The notes: generated by a model from the sequence alone, not told the origin. Counted from the first letter of the stretch, positions 12,993-25,750 are shown. The stretch is DNA of 64,000 bases from Azotobacter chroococcum (GCF_004339665.1 NZ_SMMU01000012.1:13194-77193); one strand, 5' to 3'. Numbers and translations: made by a program.

Positions 12993-13652
12993 ATGATCGA
13001 AGCCGCCGGCCTTTCCCGCGCCCAGTTGCGCCGCCTGCTCCGCGAGCGGCGGCGCGCGCTCGCACCTCAACGCCAGCGCCAGGCCGCCCGCCGGCTCTAT
13101 CGCCAGCTGGCGCAGCATCCGCTGTTCCGCCGCTGTCGCCACGTGGCGCTGTATCTGCCCAACGACGGCGAGATCGACCCAGGACTGCTGCTCGACGCCG
13201 CACAGCGGCGCGGCAAGGCGACCTACCTGCCGGTGCTCAACGCCTGGCCGGCGACGCGCATGGTGTTCCAGCGCATCCATCCCGGCGAGGCACTGCACCT
13301 GAACCGCTTCCGCATCCGCGAGCCACGGCCGAACCGCGCCCGGCAGCGCAAGGTCTGGACGCTCGATCTGCTGCTGATGCCCCTGGTGGGCTTCGACTGC
13401 GAGGGTGGACGCTTGGGCATGGGGGGCGGCTTCTATGACCGCAGCCTGGCCTATCGGACCCGCCACAAGTACTGTCGCAAGCCTGCGCTGCTGGGCCTGG
13501 CCCACGAATGTCAGAAGGTCGATCGGCTGGCGCTGGCCAGTTGGGACGTGCCACTGGAGGCCACGGTGACGGACAAGGCCTGGTATGCGGCCGACAGGAA
13601 GATGATGAGGCGGGGGCAGTTGCACCGCGATCCCTGCGGTGCCCGCGAATAG
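12993..13652 (+). CDS. ygfA: 5-formyltetrahydrofolate cyclo-ligase
   Basis: 219 aa with a conserved ...LLLMPLVGFDCEGGRLGMGGGFYDRSLA... motif. Immediately downstream of ssrS, matching the E. coli ssrS-ygfA operon. Confidence 0.85.
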   Translation: MIEAAGLSRAQLRRLLRERRRALAPQRQRQAARRLYRQLAQHPLFRRCRHVALYLPNDGEIDPGLLLDAAQRRGKATYLPVLNAWPATRMVFQRIHPGEALHLNRFRIREPRPNRARQRKVWTLDLLLMPLVGFDCEGGRLGMGGGFYDRSLAYRTRHKYCRKPALLGLAHECQKVDRLALASWDVPLEATVTDKAWYAADRKMMRRGQLHRDPCGARE

Positions 13653-13654
13653 GT

Positions 13655-13789
13655 CAAAGACTGCGGAACAGGCTCGGCGACTGATCGCTCTGCTTTTGCT
13701 CCCAGTGGCTTTGCGCGTAGCCTGTGGTGACCACCCCCAGTCCGAAGAGAATGACGAGAACCCACAGTAGATCTGGCTTGCGCTTCATC
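13655..13789 (-). CDS. small hypothetical membrane protein (45 aa), not in the supplied ORF track
   Basis: MKRKPDLLWVLVILFGLGVVTTGYAQSHWEQKQSDQSPSLFRSL: one predicted TM helix. GGGGGAGG RBS 6 nt upstream of the ATG. Confidence 0.4.
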
Positions 13790-13971
13790 GATTGCCTCCC
13801 CCTTCAAGGCACTGCACGATGATGAACAGCAAAATGGTGGCTGCAAAAGCCACCTCCCCCCAAAAAGCGGCGGCATTCTCCGCCAACTCGACCCGTCAAT
13901 CAAACCCCGGTCGTCAACAAGATCGAAGCTTTTTCCGACGTCCCGATGACCGGCATCCGGAGCCGATTCCC

Positions 13972-14421
13972 ATGCCGTACTGGCTGATGAAATCCGAACC
14001 CGACGTGCTGTCCGCGGCTACACTACAGCGCCTCCGCCAGGCGCGTTGGGATGGAGTGCGCAATTACCAGGCGCGCAACTTCCTGCGAAACATGCAGGCC
14101 GACGAGCTGTTCTTCTTCTACCACTCCAGCTGTCCGCAACCGGGAATTGCCGGCATCAGCCGGATCGTCCGGACCGCCTATCCCGACCCCAGCGCCCTCG
14201 ACCCGCACGGCCCCTACTTCGACGCCAGGGCCAGCGCGGAGAAGAACCCATGGAGCGCAGTCGATGTGGAGTTCATCGAGGCCTTCAGCGACATCATCGG
14301 GTTGGCACGCCTGCGCAGCATTCCCGAGCTGACGCAGCTACCACTACTGCAGAAGGGCAGCCGGCTCTCGGTGATGCCGGTGGAGGCCAGCGAATGGGCC
14401 GCCGTGCTCGCGCTGCGCTGA
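13972..14421 (+). CDS. EVE (PUA-like) domain protein
   Basis: MPYWLMKSEPDVLSAATLQRLRQARWDGVRNYQARNFLRNMQADELFFFYHSS... is the canonical EVE N-terminus. 149 aa. The ORF track's upstream extension is discarded. Confidence 0.85.
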   Translation: MPYWLMKSEPDVLSAATLQRLRQARWDGVRNYQARNFLRNMQADELFFFYHSSCPQPGIAGISRIVRTAYPDPSALDPHGPYFDARASAEKNPWSAVDVEFIEAFSDIIGLARLRSIPELTQLPLLQKGSRLSVMPVEASEWAAVLALR

Positions 14422-14435
14422 GCGGCGGGCGGTCG

Positions 14436-15404
14436 TCAGGAGCGGGGAGCGTAGGCGAAGACGTCGGCGCGCATCTGCCGGGCCTCCATGCCCGCTTCGA
14501 GCAGCGCGTCCAGAGTGGCATAGACCATACCCGGCGAGCCGCTGGCATACACGTGCAACGCCCGGAGGTCGGCGAAGTCCTCGCGCACCGCCTCATGCAG
14601 CAGGCCACAGCGCCCCTCCCAGCCACACAGATCGCTGACCACCCGGTGCAGGTGCAGGTTGGGCAGGCGCTGCCATTCTTCCGCATAAGGCAGCCGGTAG
14701 AAATCCTCCGGTCGCCGCGCCCCCCAGTAGAGGTGGATCGGCCGGGCGAAGCCGTTCGCCCGGCAATGCTCCACCAGGCTCTGCATCTGCGCCATGCCGG
14801 TGCCGGCGGCGATCAGCACCAGCGGACCGTCCGGCAACTCGACCAGACAGGCATCGCCGAACGGCAGGCGCACACGGGCGAAGCCCTGGCGGCGGATGAA
14901 CGCCAGCAACTCCAGGGCCGATGTCTCGCGCGCCAGAACGTGCAGCTCCAGCTCACGCCCCATGCAGGGCGCCGAAGCCAGGGAAAAGGAGGAGAAACTG
15001 CCGTCCTCACGCTGCAGCTGCAGGTACTGTCCGGCGTGGTAGCGCGGCGGCTTGCCCGCCGGGGCGCGCAGGCGCACGCGGAACACGTCGCCGCCGAGCG
15101 CCTCACAGTCGACCAACTGGCAGCTCAGCTCGCGCACCGGCAGCTCGCCCGGTGCCAGCACACCATCCCAGTGCAGCACGCAATCCGCCTGCGGCCTGGC
15201 CTGGCAGGTCAGCAGTTCGCCCTGGGTGAGCACCTCATCCCCCTGGCGCACCCGCCCCTCGACCAGGCGCGCTGCACAGGCATGGCAGTTGCCGTTGCGA
15301 CAGCCCTGCGGGCACTCATAGCCGAGCCGCAGCGCGGCATCGAGGATGGATTCGCCGACATTCACATCGAGTTCGGCGCCAGAGGGTTGCAGGGTCACTT
15401 TCAT
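14436..15404 (-). CDS. 2Fe-2S ferredoxin / FAD / NAD(P)-binding oxidoreductase (CDP-6-deoxy-delta-3,4-glucoseen reductase-like, Fre-like)
   Basis: 322 aa. N-terminal plant-type ferredoxin cysteines (CPQGCRNGNCHAC). C-terminal ferredoxin-NADP reductase-type FAD/NAD module. Lies downstream of ubiD as fre does in E. coli. Confidence 0.8.
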   Translation of the reverse strand: MKVTLQPSGAELDVNVGESILDAALRLGYECPQGCRNGNCHACAARLVEGRVRQGDEVLTQGELLTCQARPQADCVLHWDGVLAPGELPVRELSCQLVDCEALGGDVFRVRLRAPAGKPPRYHAGQYLQLQREDGSFSSFSLASAPCMGRELELHVLARETSALELLAFIRRQGFARVRLPFGDACLVELPDGPLVLIAAGTGMAQMQSLVEHCRANGFARPIHLYWGARRPEDFYRLPYAEEWQRLPNLHLHRVVSDLCGWEGRCGLLHEAVREDFADLRALHVYASGSPGMVYATLDALLEAGMEARQMRADVFAYAPRS

Positions 15405-15489
15405 GATGTTCCGCCGCTGAAGGGGTCAATCGGGGGGAGCGGCCCGGGCCGCGAACGGGTGAGACTGAAGGATCCGCCGGCCGGCGGCC

Positions 15490-16956
15490 TCAGTCGATGC
15501 CCAGCAGCGGCCAGAGCTCGTCGACGCGCTGCTTCACCGCCGGGTCCTGGCGAATGGCCCGCCCCCACTCGCGGCTGGTCTCGCCCGGCCACTTGTGGGT
15601 GGCATCCAGGCCCATCTTCGAACCCAGGCCGGAGATCGGCGAAGCGAAATCGAGGTAGTCGATCGGCGTGTTGTCGATCAGCACGGTGTCGCGCTTGGGA
15701 TCCATGCGGGTGGTGATGGCCCAGATCACGTCGTTCCAGTCGCGGGCATTGATATCGTCGTCGGTGACGATGACGAACTTGGTGTACATGAACTGGCGCA
15801 GGAACGACCACACACCGAGCATGACGCGCTTGGCATGACCGGGATACTGCTTCTTGATGGTCACCACCGCCATGCGGTAGGAACACCCCTCCGGCGGCAG
15901 GTAGAAATCGACGATCTCCGGGAACTGCTTCTGCAGGATCGGCACGAACACTTCGTTCAGTGCCACTCCAAGCACGGCCGGCTCATCCGGCGGCCGACCG
16001 GTATAGGTACTGTGGTAAATGGCGTCACGGCGCCGGGTGATGCGCTCGATGGTGAACACCGGAAAACGGTCCACCTCGTTGTAGTAGCCGGTATGGTCGC
16101 CATAAGGACCTTCGTCGGCCATCTCCCCGGGATGGATGTGGCCCTCCAGCACGATTTCCGCACTGGCCGGCACCTGCAGGTCGCTGCCGATGGCCTTGAC
16201 CAGTTCGGTGCGCTGTCCACGCAACAGCCCGGCGAAGGCATATTCGGACAGGGTATCCGGCACCGGCGTGACCGCGCCAAGGATGGTTGCCGGATCGGCG
16301 CCCAGGGCCACCGCCACTGGGTAGGGACGATCCGGATGCTTCTGGCACCACTCGCGATAGTCGAGTGCGCCGCCACGATGGCTGAGCCAGCGCATGATCA
16401 CCTTGTTGCGGCCGATCACCTGCTGCCGGTAGATACCGAGGTTCTGCCGCTCCTTGTTCGGCCCACGGGTGATGGTCAGGCCCCAGGTGATCAGGGGCGC
16501 CGCATCGCCCGGCCAGCAGTGCTGCACGGGCAGCTTGCCGAGATCGACTTCCTCGCCCTCGAGGATCAGCTCCTGGCAGGGCGCGTCCTTCAGCACCTTG
16601 GGCGCCATGCTGACCACCTTCCGGAACAGCGGCAGCTTGTCCCAGGCATCCTTCAGGCCCTTGGGCGGCTCAGGTTCCTTGAGGAAGGCCAGCAGGCGGC
16701 CGATCTCGCGCAGTTCGGAGACATCCTCGGCGCCCATGCCGAACGCCACGCGCTGCGGCGTGCCGAACAGGTTGCCGAGCACCGGCATATCGAAGCCCTG
16801 AGGCTTCTCGAACAGCAACGCAGGCCCCCCTCGACGCAGGGTGCGGTCGCAGATTTCGGTCATTTCCAGTACGGGTGAAACCGGCGTCTGGATACGCTTG
16901 AGCTCGCCACGCGCCTCCAGGGCGCGCAGGAAGTCGCGGAGATCGGAGTATTTCAT
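15490..16956 (-). CDS. ubiD: 3-octaprenyl-4-hydroxybenzoate carboxy-lyase
   Basis: 488 aa, [54 protein letters not shown]... UbiD family. Confidence 0.95.
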   Translation of the reverse strand: MKYSDLRDFLRALEARGELKRIQTPVSPVLEMTEICDRTLRRGGPALLFEKPQGFDMPVLGNLFGTPQRVAFGMGAEDVSELREIGRLLAFLKEPEPPKGLKDAWDKLPLFRKVVSMAPKVLKDAPCQELILEGEEVDLGKLPVQHCWPGDAAPLITWGLTITRGPNKERQNLGIYRQQVIGRNKVIMRWLSHRGGALDYREWCQKHPDRPYPVAVALGADPATILGAVTPVPDTLSEYAFAGLLRGQRTELVKAIGSDLQVPASAEIVLEGHIHPGEMADEGPYGDHTGYYNEVDRFPVFTIERITRRRDAIYHSTYTGRPPDEPAVLGVALNEVFVPILQKQFPEIVDFYLPPEGCSYRMAVVTIKKQYPGHAKRVMLGVWSFLRQFMYTKFVIVTDDDINARDWNDVIWAITTRMDPKRDTVLIDNTPIDYLDFASPISGLGSKMGLDATHKWPGETSREWGRAIRQDPAVKQRVDELWPLLGID

Positions 16957-17052
16957 GGGTGCTGCGAGCCTCGGGCAGCAAGCCTCAGGCCAGAGGGTGG
17001 CGGCGCCAACCTGCCACCTTGCGGCCTGCGGCTTGCGACTTGTCGCGGCGGA

Positions 17053-18312
17053 TTACTTCCGCTTCATCGACTGGAAGAATTCCTCGTTGGTCTTGGTGTC
17101 CTTCAGACGGTCGAGGAGGAACTCGATGGCGGCGATCTCGTCCATGGGATGGAGGATCTTGCGCAGAATCCACATGCGCTGCAGCTCCTCCTCACCGGTC
17201 AGCAGCTCTTCGCGGCGGGTGCCGGAGCGGTTGATGTTGATCGCTGGGAACACGCGCTTCTCGGCGATGCGCCGGTCCAGCTGCAGCTCCAGGTTACCGG
17301 TGCCCTTGAATTCCTCGTAGATCACCTCGTCCATCTTCGAGCCGGTCTCCACCAGCGCGGTGGCGAGGATGGTCAGGCTGCCGCCCTCCTCGATGTTGCG
17401 CGCGGCGCCGAAGAAGCGCTTGGGCTTCTCCAGGGCATGGGCGTCGACACCACCGGTGAGCACCTTGCCGGAGCTGGGGATCACCGTGTTATAGGCACGC
17501 GCCAGGCGGGTGATGGAGTCGAGCAGGATCACCACGTCCTTCTTGTGCTCGACCAGGCGCTTGGCCTTCTCGATGACCATCTCGGCGACCTGCACGTGGC
17601 GGGTCGGCGGCTCGTCGAAGGTGGAGGCGACCACTTCGCCGCGCACGGTGCGCTGCATCTCGGTCACTTCCTCCGGACGCTCGTCGATCAGCAGGACGAT
17701 CAGGTGACACTCGGGATTGTTGCGCGTGATGTTGCTGGCGATGTTCTGCAGCATGATCGTCTTGCCGGCTTTCGGCGGTGCGACGATCAGACCGCGCTGT
17801 CCCTTGCCGATCGGCGCGCAAAGATCGATCACGCGGCCGGTAAGGTCTTCGGTGGAGCCGTTGCCGGCCTCCATGGTGAGACGGAGGTTGGGGAACAGCG
17901 GAGTGAGGTTCTCGAAGAGAATCTTGTTCTTCGCGTTTTCCGGCCGGTCGAAGTTGATCGAGTCGACCTTGAGCAGGGCGAAGTAGCGTTCGCCTTCCTT
18001 TGGCGGGCGAATCTTGCCGACAATGGTATCGCCGGTGCGCAGGTTGAAGCGGCGGATCTGGCTCGGCGAGACGTAGATGTCGTCCGGCCCGGCCAGATAG
18101 GAGGAGTCCGCACTGCGCAGGAATCCGAAGCCGTCCTGAAGAATCTCCAGCACGCCATCACCGGAGATTTCCTCGCCGCTTTTCGCATGCTTCTTCAGCA
18201 GGGAGAAAATCACATCCTGCTTACGCGAACGGGCCATGTTCTCCAGGCCCATCTGTTCGGCCATTTCCAGCAGTTCGGTAATAGGCTTTTGCTTGAGTTC
18301 GGTCAGGTTCAT
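17053..18312 (-). CDS. rho: transcription termination factor Rho
   Basis: 419 aa, [49 protein letters not shown]... Highly conserved Rho. Confidence 0.97.
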   Translation of the reverse strand: MNLTELKQKPITELLEMAEQMGLENMARSRKQDVIFSLLKKHAKSGEEISGDGVLEILQDGFGFLRSADSSYLAGPDDIYVSPSQIRRFNLRTGDTIVGKIRPPKEGERYFALLKVDSINFDRPENAKNKILFENLTPLFPNLRLTMEAGNGSTEDLTGRVIDLCAPIGKGQRGLIVAPPKAGKTIMLQNIASNITRNNPECHLIVLLIDERPEEVTEMQRTVRGEVVASTFDEPPTRHVQVAEMVIEKAKRLVEHKKDVVILLDSITRLARAYNTVIPSSGKVLTGGVDAHALEKPKRFFGAARNIEEGGSLTILATALVETGSKMDEVIYEEFKGTGNLELQLDRRIAEKRVFPAININRSGTRREELLTGEEELQRMWILRKILHPMDEIAAIEFLLDRLKDTKTNEEFFQSMKRK

Positions 18313-18641
18313 AAGACGATAAGAGGGCAGAAAGCGTTGAGCTTGGGAAAGCCGCGCCGCAGGGAAGGCGATCGGATCGCTGTACTTATTCTAAAGGGGT
18401 GCGTCGGCGACGACTGACGGAGGACAGCGGTAAATTCGCTGCGAGAGCCGAATCTAACACCCCGCAAAAGGTGCGTCCAGCCTCGCACGACAAAAACCGC
18501 ACCCCCGAACCCGGCGAGCAGGCCGCTTTCGGCCTCTCTCGATACACGCAGCTCGCCGGGCTCGAGACCACGGGACCAGCCAGTCCCGGCTTGCATGCTT
18601 TCAACCTGCCCGGGAGCGAAGGATGCGCTTGGCAGGCAAAC
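18313..18641 (-). promoter_or_regulatory. rho 5' leader, C-rich/G-poor on the transcribed strand (rut-like); presumed autogenous attenuation region, and also holds the trxA 3' hairpins
   Basis: ~330-nt untranslated gap between trxA and rho. The minus-strand transcript proximal to rho is C-rich. Several short GC hairpins, e.g. GCCGGG...CCCGGC around 18570-18600. Confidence 0.4.
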
Positions 18642-18968
18642 TCAGATATTGCTGTCGAGAAAGGCGGCCAGCTGCGACTTGGACAGGGCGCCAACCTTGG
18701 TTGCCTCGACGTTGCCGCCCTTGAACAGCATCAGGGTCGGAATGCCACGCACGCCGTATTTCGCCGGAGTTCCCTGATTTTCATCGATGTTCAGCTTGCA
18801 GACCTTCAGTTTGCCCTCGTAATCCTTGGCAATTTCGCTGAGCACCGGGGCGATCATCTTGCATGGTCCGCACCATTCGGCCCAGTAATCGACAAGCACC
18901 GGCCCCTCGGCCTGAAGCACATCCTGCTCGAAGCTGGCGTCGCTGACATTGGTGATGAGTTCGCTCAT
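18642..18968 (-). CDS. trxA: thioredoxin 1
   Basis: 108 aa, [48 protein letters not shown]... WCGPC active site. The ORF track's 178-aa version is N-terminally over-extended. Confidence 0.95.
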   Translation of the reverse strand: MSELITNVSDASFEQDVLQAEGPVLVDYWAEWCGPCKMIAPVLSEIAKDYEGKLKVCKLNIDENQGTPAKYGVRGIPTLMLFKGGNVEATKVGALSKSQLAAFLDSNI

Positions 18969-19293
18969 GGAAAATCTCCGTGGTCGGAAGCACAAATTTC
19001 CGAACATGATAGCCCGCATTGACCGGCACAGGAAGGCGAGCACGCAGCCCTGCCCCGCCCCAAGCCCTCCGGCATGCGAAAAAGGAAGCGGGATTCGCCC
19101 CGCCCCGAGCCCGGCTGCCCATCGCCCTGGAGGCCTCCGCCCGGAGACATTCGGGCGCATCGTCCCAACCGTAGCCAAGCCTTATAATGGACCGTTTATC
19201 GCACAAGCTGCTTTGGACCCTTGATCCGTAAACTGGTACAACTGCTGCTCTCCCGTGGCCGGACGGCGCGGTTCCGCCATCGAGACACCTGAC

Positions 19294-20799
19294 ATGCCAA
19301 AAATCCAAGCCGAGAGCTTCCCCCTGATTGCCGCCATCGACCTTGGCTCCAACAGCTTCCACATGGTGCTGGCCAAGGCCGACCGGACCGAGATCCGCCC
19401 GCTCGAACGCCTGGGCGAGAAAGTCCAGCTGGGGGCAGGCCTCGACGACCAGCACCAGCTCAGCGAGGAGGCCATGCAACGCGGGCTCGACTGCCTGCGC
19501 CGCTTCGCCCAACTGATCAACGGCCTGCCCAAGGGAGTGGTGCGCATCGTCGCCACCAATGCCCTGCGCGAGGCGCGCAACCGCAACGAATTCATCCGTC
19601 GTGCCAACGAGGTCCTCGGCCACCCGGTGGAAGTGATCTCCGGCCGCGAGGAGGCGCGCCTGATCTACCTCGGCGTCTCCCACACCCTGCCGAGCGCGGC
19701 CGGCAAGCGTCTGGTCGTGGACATCGGCGGCGGCAGCACGGAATTCATCATCGGCGAGAACTTCGAACCGCTGCTGCGCGAAAGCCTGCAGATGGGCAGC
19801 GTCAGCTACACCCGCAACCACTTCGCCGACGGCAAGATCACCCCGGCCCGCTACGCCCAGGCCTATACCGCCGCGCGCCTGGAGCTGATGGCCATCGAGA
19901 ACGCCCTGCAACGCCTCGGCTGGCAGGAGGCGGTGGGCTCCTCGGGAACCATTCGCGCGGTTGGCCAGGCGATCCAGAGCGGCGGCTACAGCAACGGCGA
20001 AGTGACCGCCGAAGGCATCGCCTGGCTGAAGCGCAAGCTGTTCAAGCTCGGTGACGTGGACAAGCTGGACATGGACGGCATCAAGCCGGACCGCCGGGCC
20101 ATCTTCCCCGCCGGCCTGGCGGTCCTGGAGGCGCTGTTCGACGCCCTGCAGCTGCAGACGATGACCTACTCGGATGGCGCCCTGCGCGAAGGCGTGCTCT
20201 ACGACCTGCTCGGCCGTCACCACCACGAGGACGTCCGCGAACGCACCCTCCGCTCGCTGATGGAGCGCTATCACGTCGACGTGGAACAGGCTGCGCGGGT
20301 CGAGGCCAAGGCGCTCTCGGCACTCGAGCAGGTCGCCGCCGCCTGGGGTCTGGAGGACGAAAGCCATCGCGAACTGCTGAGCTGGGCGGCGCGGGTGCAC
20401 GAGATCGGCCTGGACATCGCCCACTACCATTACCACAAGCACGGCGCCTACCTGATCGAGCATTCCGACCTGGCCGGCTTCTCCCGCAAGGACCAACAGA
20501 TGCTCGCCCTGCTGGTCCGCGGCCATCGGCGCAACATCCCGCGGGACAAGTTCAGCGAATTCGGCAGCGACGATGGCGACAAACTGGTGCGACTGTGCAT
20601 CCTGCTGCGCGTCGCGATCCTCTTCCACCACATCCGTGGCACCCAGGAGATGCCCAGGGTGCAGTTCCGCGCCGGCGAGCGCGAGCTGGAACTGACCTTC
20701 CCCGACGGCTGGCTGAACGCCAACCCGCTGACCCAGGCCGACTTCGAACAGGAAGCCGAGTGGCTGGCGCGAGTCGGTTACACCATCCGGGTGTGCTGA
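19294..20799 (+). CDS. ppx: exopolyphosphatase
   Basis: [28 protein letters not shown]... Ppx/GppA family, 501 aa. Divergent-convergent pairing with ppk. Confidence 0.95.
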   Translation: MPKIQAESFPLIAAIDLGSNSFHMVLAKADRTEIRPLERLGEKVQLGAGLDDQHQLSEEAMQRGLDCLRRFAQLINGLPKGVVRIVATNALREARNRNEFIRRANEVLGHPVEVISGREEARLIYLGVSHTLPSAAGKRLVVDIGGGSTEFIIGENFEPLLRESLQMGSVSYTRNHFADGKITPARYAQAYTAARLELMAIENALQRLGWQEAVGSSGTIRAVGQAIQSGGYSNGEVTAEGIAWLKRKLFKLGDVDKLDMDGIKPDRRAIFPAGLAVLEALFDALQLQTMTYSDGALREGVLYDLLGRHHHEDVRERTLRSLMERYHVDVEQAARVEAKALSALEQVAAAWGLEDESHRELLSWAARVHEIGLDIAHYHYHKHGAYLIEHSDLAGFSRKDQQMLALLVRGHRRNIPRDKFSEFGSDDGDKLVRLCILLRVAILFHHIRGTQEMPRVQFRAGERELELTFPDGWLNANPLTQADFEQEAEWLARVGYTIRVC

Positions 20800-20805
20800 A
20801 GCACT

Positions 20806-20839
20806 GGCGGGGCCGCCGTGCTGGCGGCCCCGCCGCGTT
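20806..20839. terminator. bidirectional terminator between convergent ppx and ppk (12-bp GC stem GGCGGGGCCGCC/GGCGGCCCCGCC followed by GTTTTA on the plus strand)
   Basis: Perfect inverted repeat at 20806-20834 with a T-run on the ppx-sense side. Confidence 0.6.
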
Positions 20840-23062
20840 TTAGCGCGTACCAAGCATGGGATTGCTCAGCTTCTCCAGCAGCATCGTCTGGGCGTTGCGC
20901 GGATTCTGGTTGCCGCTCGGACTGTTGCGCAGATAGCTGCCGTCCGGCTGCAGCTGCCAACTCTGGGTGTTGTCTCCGAGGTAGGCCTCCAGCTCCTTCT
21001 TCACCCGCAGCATCAGTTTCTTGCCCTCCACCGGGAAGCAGGTCTCGACCCGCCGATCGAGGTTGCGCTCCATCCAGTCGGCACTGGACAGGTAGAGCTT
21101 TTCCTCGCCGTCGTTGAGGAAGTAGAACACCCGCGTGTGCTCGAGGAAGCGGCCGATGATCGAGCGTACCTGGATGTTGTGCGAGACGCCCAGGATGCCC
21201 GGGCGCAGGCAGCACATGCCGCGCACGATCAGGTCGACCCGCACCCCGGTCTGACTGGCCTTGTACAACGCACGGATCATCTTCGCATCGGTCAGCGAGT
21301 TGATCTTGATGATGATGTGCGCCGGCCGGCCCTCGCTGGCATGCTGAGTCTCCCGGGCGATCATGTCGAGCAGGGCCTTCTTCAGGGTGAAGGGCGCATG
21401 CAGCAGCTTCTTCATGCGCAGGGTCTTGCCCATGCCGATCAACTGGTTGAACAGCTTGGAGACGTCTTCGCACAACGCCAGGTCGGCGGTCAGCAGGCTG
21501 TAGTCGGTGTACAGCCGGGCGTTGCCGGCATGGTAGTTGCCGGTCCCGAGGTGCGCGTAGCGGCGCAGCTCGCCGTTCTCGCGACGCAGGATCAGCATCA
21601 TCTTGGCGTGGGTCTTGAACCCGACCACCCCGTAGATGACCACCGCGCCGGCCTGCTGCAGGCGGCTGGCCAGCTGCAGGTTGGACTCCTCGTCGAAGCG
21701 CGCGCGCAGCTCGACCACCGCGGTGACCTCCTTGCCGTTGCGCGCCGCCTCCACCAGGGCATCGACGATCTCCGAGTTGGCCCCGGAGCGGTACAGCGTC
21801 TGCTTGATCGCCAGTACGTGGGGGTCCTTGGCCGCCTGGCGCAACAGATCGACTACCGGCGTGAAGGACTCGAACGGATGCAGCAGCAGCATGTCCTGCT
21901 TGCCGATCACGTTGAACATGTTCTCGCTATTCTGCAGCGCCTTGGGAATCACCGGCGTGAAGGGGGCGTGCTGCAGTTCCGGGTGGCTGTCCAGGCCGGT
22001 GATGCTGAACAGGCGGGTCAGGTTGACCGGCCCGTCGACTCGGTACATTTCCGCCTCGGACAGGCCGAACTGCTTGAGCAGATAGCCGGTCAGGTGCTGC
22101 GGGCAGGTATCCACCACCTCCAGCCGCACCGCATCGCCGAAGCGCCGGGAGTACAGCTCGCCGCGCAGGGCGCGGGCCAGGTCCTCGACATCCTCGTCCA
22201 CCGACAGATCGGCGTTGCGGGTCAGGCGGAACTGGTAGCAGCCCTTGACCTTCATGCCTTGGAACAGGTCGTCGGCATGGGCATGGATCATCGAGGAAAG
22301 GAACACGAAGTTGTCGCCGGGACCGCCCACCTCTTCCGGAATGCGGATCACCCGAGGCAGCAGGCGCGGCGCCGGCAGTATGGCCAGACCGGAATCGCGA
22401 CCGAAGGCATCCAGCCCCTCCAGCTCGACGATGAAGTTCAGGCTCTTGTTCACCAGCAGCGGGAAGGGGTGCGTCGGGTCGAGGCCGATCGGCGTCATGA
22501 TCGGCGCGATCTCCTCGCGGAAGTAGCGACGCACCCAGGCCTTGACCTTGGGCGTCCAGTTCCGGCGGCGGATGAAGTTGATCTGGTGGCGGGCCAGCTC
22601 GGGCAGCAGCACCTCATTGAGGATGGCGTACTGGCGGGCCACCAACTCGTGCACCTGCTCGCTGATCCAGGGCAGCGCCTGATGCGGCTGCAGGCCGTCG
22701 GCGCCGGCCAGTTCGCGGGCGAAGGCGACCTGCTTCTTCAGGCCGGCGACACGGATCTGGAAGAACTCGTCGAGGTTGCCGGAGAAGATCAGCAGGAACT
22801 TCAGCCGCTCGAGCAGCGGATAGGACTCGTCCAGCGCCTGCGCCAGCACGCGGGCATTGAACTGCAACAGAGACAGCTCGCGATGGATGTACAGGCAGGT
22901 ATCGTCCAGACTCGGCACCGCCGCAGGCAGAGCCTCCGGGACCGGCTCACCCTGGACGGGTGCCGCTTCCTGTTCGGGCTCCGCCTCCTGGAGTTCGGCG
23001 AGCGGTTCTTGTGCCGGTTCGGCTTCGAGCAAGGCGTTGTCGTTGAGACCTTCAGTGTTCAT
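20840..23062 (-). CDS. ppk: polyphosphate kinase 1
   Basis: 740 aa, ...[58 protein letters not shown]... PPK1. Confidence 0.95.
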   Translation of the reverse strand: MNTEGLNDNALLEAEPAQEPLAELQEAEPEQEAAPVQGEPVPEALPAAVPSLDDTCLYIHRELSLLQFNARVLAQALDESYPLLERLKFLLIFSGNLDEFFQIRVAGLKKQVAFARELAGADGLQPHQALPWISEQVHELVARQYAILNEVLLPELARHQINFIRRRNWTPKVKAWVRRYFREEIAPIMTPIGLDPTHPFPLLVNKSLNFIVELEGLDAFGRDSGLAILPAPRLLPRVIRIPEEVGGPGDNFVFLSSMIHAHADDLFQGMKVKGCYQFRLTRNADLSVDEDVEDLARALRGELYSRRFGDAVRLEVVDTCPQHLTGYLLKQFGLSEAEMYRVDGPVNLTRLFSITGLDSHPELQHAPFTPVIPKALQNSENMFNVIGKQDMLLLHPFESFTPVVDLLRQAAKDPHVLAIKQTLYRSGANSEIVDALVEAARNGKEVTAVVELRARFDEESNLQLASRLQQAGAVVIYGVVGFKTHAKMMLILRRENGELRRYAHLGTGNYHAGNARLYTDYSLLTADLALCEDVSKLFNQLIGMGKTLRMKKLLHAPFTLKKALLDMIARETQHASEGRPAHIIIKINSLTDAKMIRALYKASQTGVRVDLIVRGMCCLRPGILGVSHNIQVRSIIGRFLEHTRVFYFLNDGEEKLYLSSADWMERNLDRRVETCFPVEGKKLMLRVKKELEAYLGDNTQSWQLQPDGSYLRNSPSGNQNPRNAQTMLLEKLSNPMLGTR

Positions 23063-23080
23063 CTGAGCTTCCCGGAGCAG

Positions 23081-24340
<1,260 letters not shown>

Positions 24341-24450
24341 CTAGGATTGGCCCACCGCTTCTCGTCCATCCCGGATGCGCAGCGCCCGTTCACCAGACCA
24401 GCCGGAATCCGCCGCAAGCGGAGTTGCCCGGCCCACTCCAGGAGGCTTCC

Positions 24451-25104
24451 ATGAACAAGAAAGTTGCCGTCATCCTCTCCGGCTGCGGCGTCTACGACGG
24501 CTCGGAAATCTACGAGAGCGTGCTCACCCTGCTGCGCCTCGACCAGCGCGGTGCCCAGGTACAGTGCTTCGCGCCGAACGTTCCACAGATGCAGGTGATC
24601 GATCACTATCGCGGCGAGGAAATGCAGGAAAGCCGCAACGTGCTGGTGGAGGCGGCACGCCTGGCCCGCGGCAACATCAAGGACGTTCGCGAGGGCCGGG
24701 TCGAGAACTTCGATGCGCTGATCCTGCCCGGCGGTTTCGGCGCGGCGAAGAATCTTTCCGACTTCGCGGTGAGCGGCGCCAACTGCACGGTACAGCCCGA
24801 CGTGCTGGCCTTCGCCCAGGCCTTCGCTCGGGCCGGCAAGCCAGTGGGACTGATCTGCATCGCGCCGGCGCTGGCGGCCAGGATCTACGGTCCCGGCGTG
24901 GTCTGCACCATCGGCAGCGATCCGGACACCGCGGCCACCCTGACCAAGATGGGCGCCCGGCATGAGATCTGTGCGGTGGACGAGATCGTCGTCGACACCG
25001 AGCGCAAGCTGGTCACCACCCCCGCCTACATGCTCGCCAAGTCGATCGGCGAAACCGCCGGCGGCATCAACAAGCTGGTCGATCGCGTCCTCGAGCTGAC
25101 CTGA
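24451..25104 (+). CDS. elbB: isoprenoid biosynthesis glyoxalase ElbB (DJ-1/PfpI family)
   Basis: MNKKVAVILSGCGVYDGSEIYESVLTLLRL...LILPGGFGAAKNLSDFA...LICIAPA... closely matches E. coli ElbB. CAGGAGG RBS. Confidence 0.85.
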   Translation: MNKKVAVILSGCGVYDGSEIYESVLTLLRLDQRGAQVQCFAPNVPQMQVIDHYRGEEMQESRNVLVEAARLARGNIKDVREGRVENFDALILPGGFGAAKNLSDFAVSGANCTVQPDVLAFAQAFARAGKPVGLICIAPALAARIYGPGVVCTIGSDPDTAATLTKMGARHEICAVDEIVVDTERKLVTTPAYMLAKSIGETAGGINKLVDRVLELT

Positions 25105-25130
25105 ACGACGCCGGCGGTGCGTCCACCGGC

Positions 25131-25580
25131 TCAGCGGCCCAGGCGCACCAGCAGGCGATCCAGGGCGTTGGCGAACGCCTGTCGTTCGCGCTCGCCGTAG
25201 GGCGGTTGACCGCCGCCCATCTGGCCCTGGTCGCGCAGGTCGCTGAGCAGGTTGCGCAGCGCCAGGCGCTCGCCCATGTTGCGCTCGTCGAACTCGCGCC
25301 CGCGCGGGTCCAGCGCAGCCACGCCCTTCTTGAACAGGCGGTCGGCCAGCGGGATGTCGCTGCAGATCACCAGCTCGCCCGGAGCGGCATGCTCCACCAG
25401 ATAGTCGTCGGCCGCATCCGGGCCGCTCGGCACCACGATCAGCCGCACGCAGGCGAACGTCGGCCTGACCTGACTCTGGCCGGCTACCAGCAGCACCTCG
25501 AAATTGCGCTTCAGGGCGAACTTGATCACCAGATCCTTGGCCGCCCGCGGACAGGCATCGGCATCGATCCACACACGCAC
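25131..25580 (-). CDS. UPF0178 / YaiI family protein (DUF188)
   Basis: (M)RVWIDADACPRAAKDLVIKFALKRNFEVLLVAGQSQVRPTFACVRLIVVPSGPDAADDYLVEH... GTG start with GGGGGAG RBS. ~150 aa. Confidence 0.8.
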   Translation of the reverse strand: MRVWIDADACPRAAKDLVIKFALKRNFEVLLVAGQSQVRPTFACVRLIVVPSGPDAADDYLVEHAAPGELVICSDIPLADRLFKKGVAALDPRGREFDERNMGERLALRNLLSDLRDQGQMGGGQPPYGERERQAFANALDRLLVRLGR

Positions 25581-25706
25581 GTCCCGGCTCCCCCGTGCAA
25601 AAGCGACAGTATGGCGCAAACGCCGCGCCGAGCCGACCGGACGCTGCCCGGCGGCTCCCTTGCCCGCCTGTCGCGCTTCACCTGGCCGCGCCAGGGCCGC
25701 AAACGG

Positions 25707-25735
25707 AAAGGGCGACCCGAGGGCCGCCCTTTTTG
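25707..25735. terminator. A-tract / hairpin / T-tract bidirectional terminator (AAAGGGCG-loop-CGCCCTTTTT) just downstream of the FTR1 permease gene
   Basis: 8-bp stem with a 10-nt loop, flanked by an A-run and a T-run. Confidence 0.5.
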
Positions 25736-25750
25736 CGAACAGGCTGCAGT

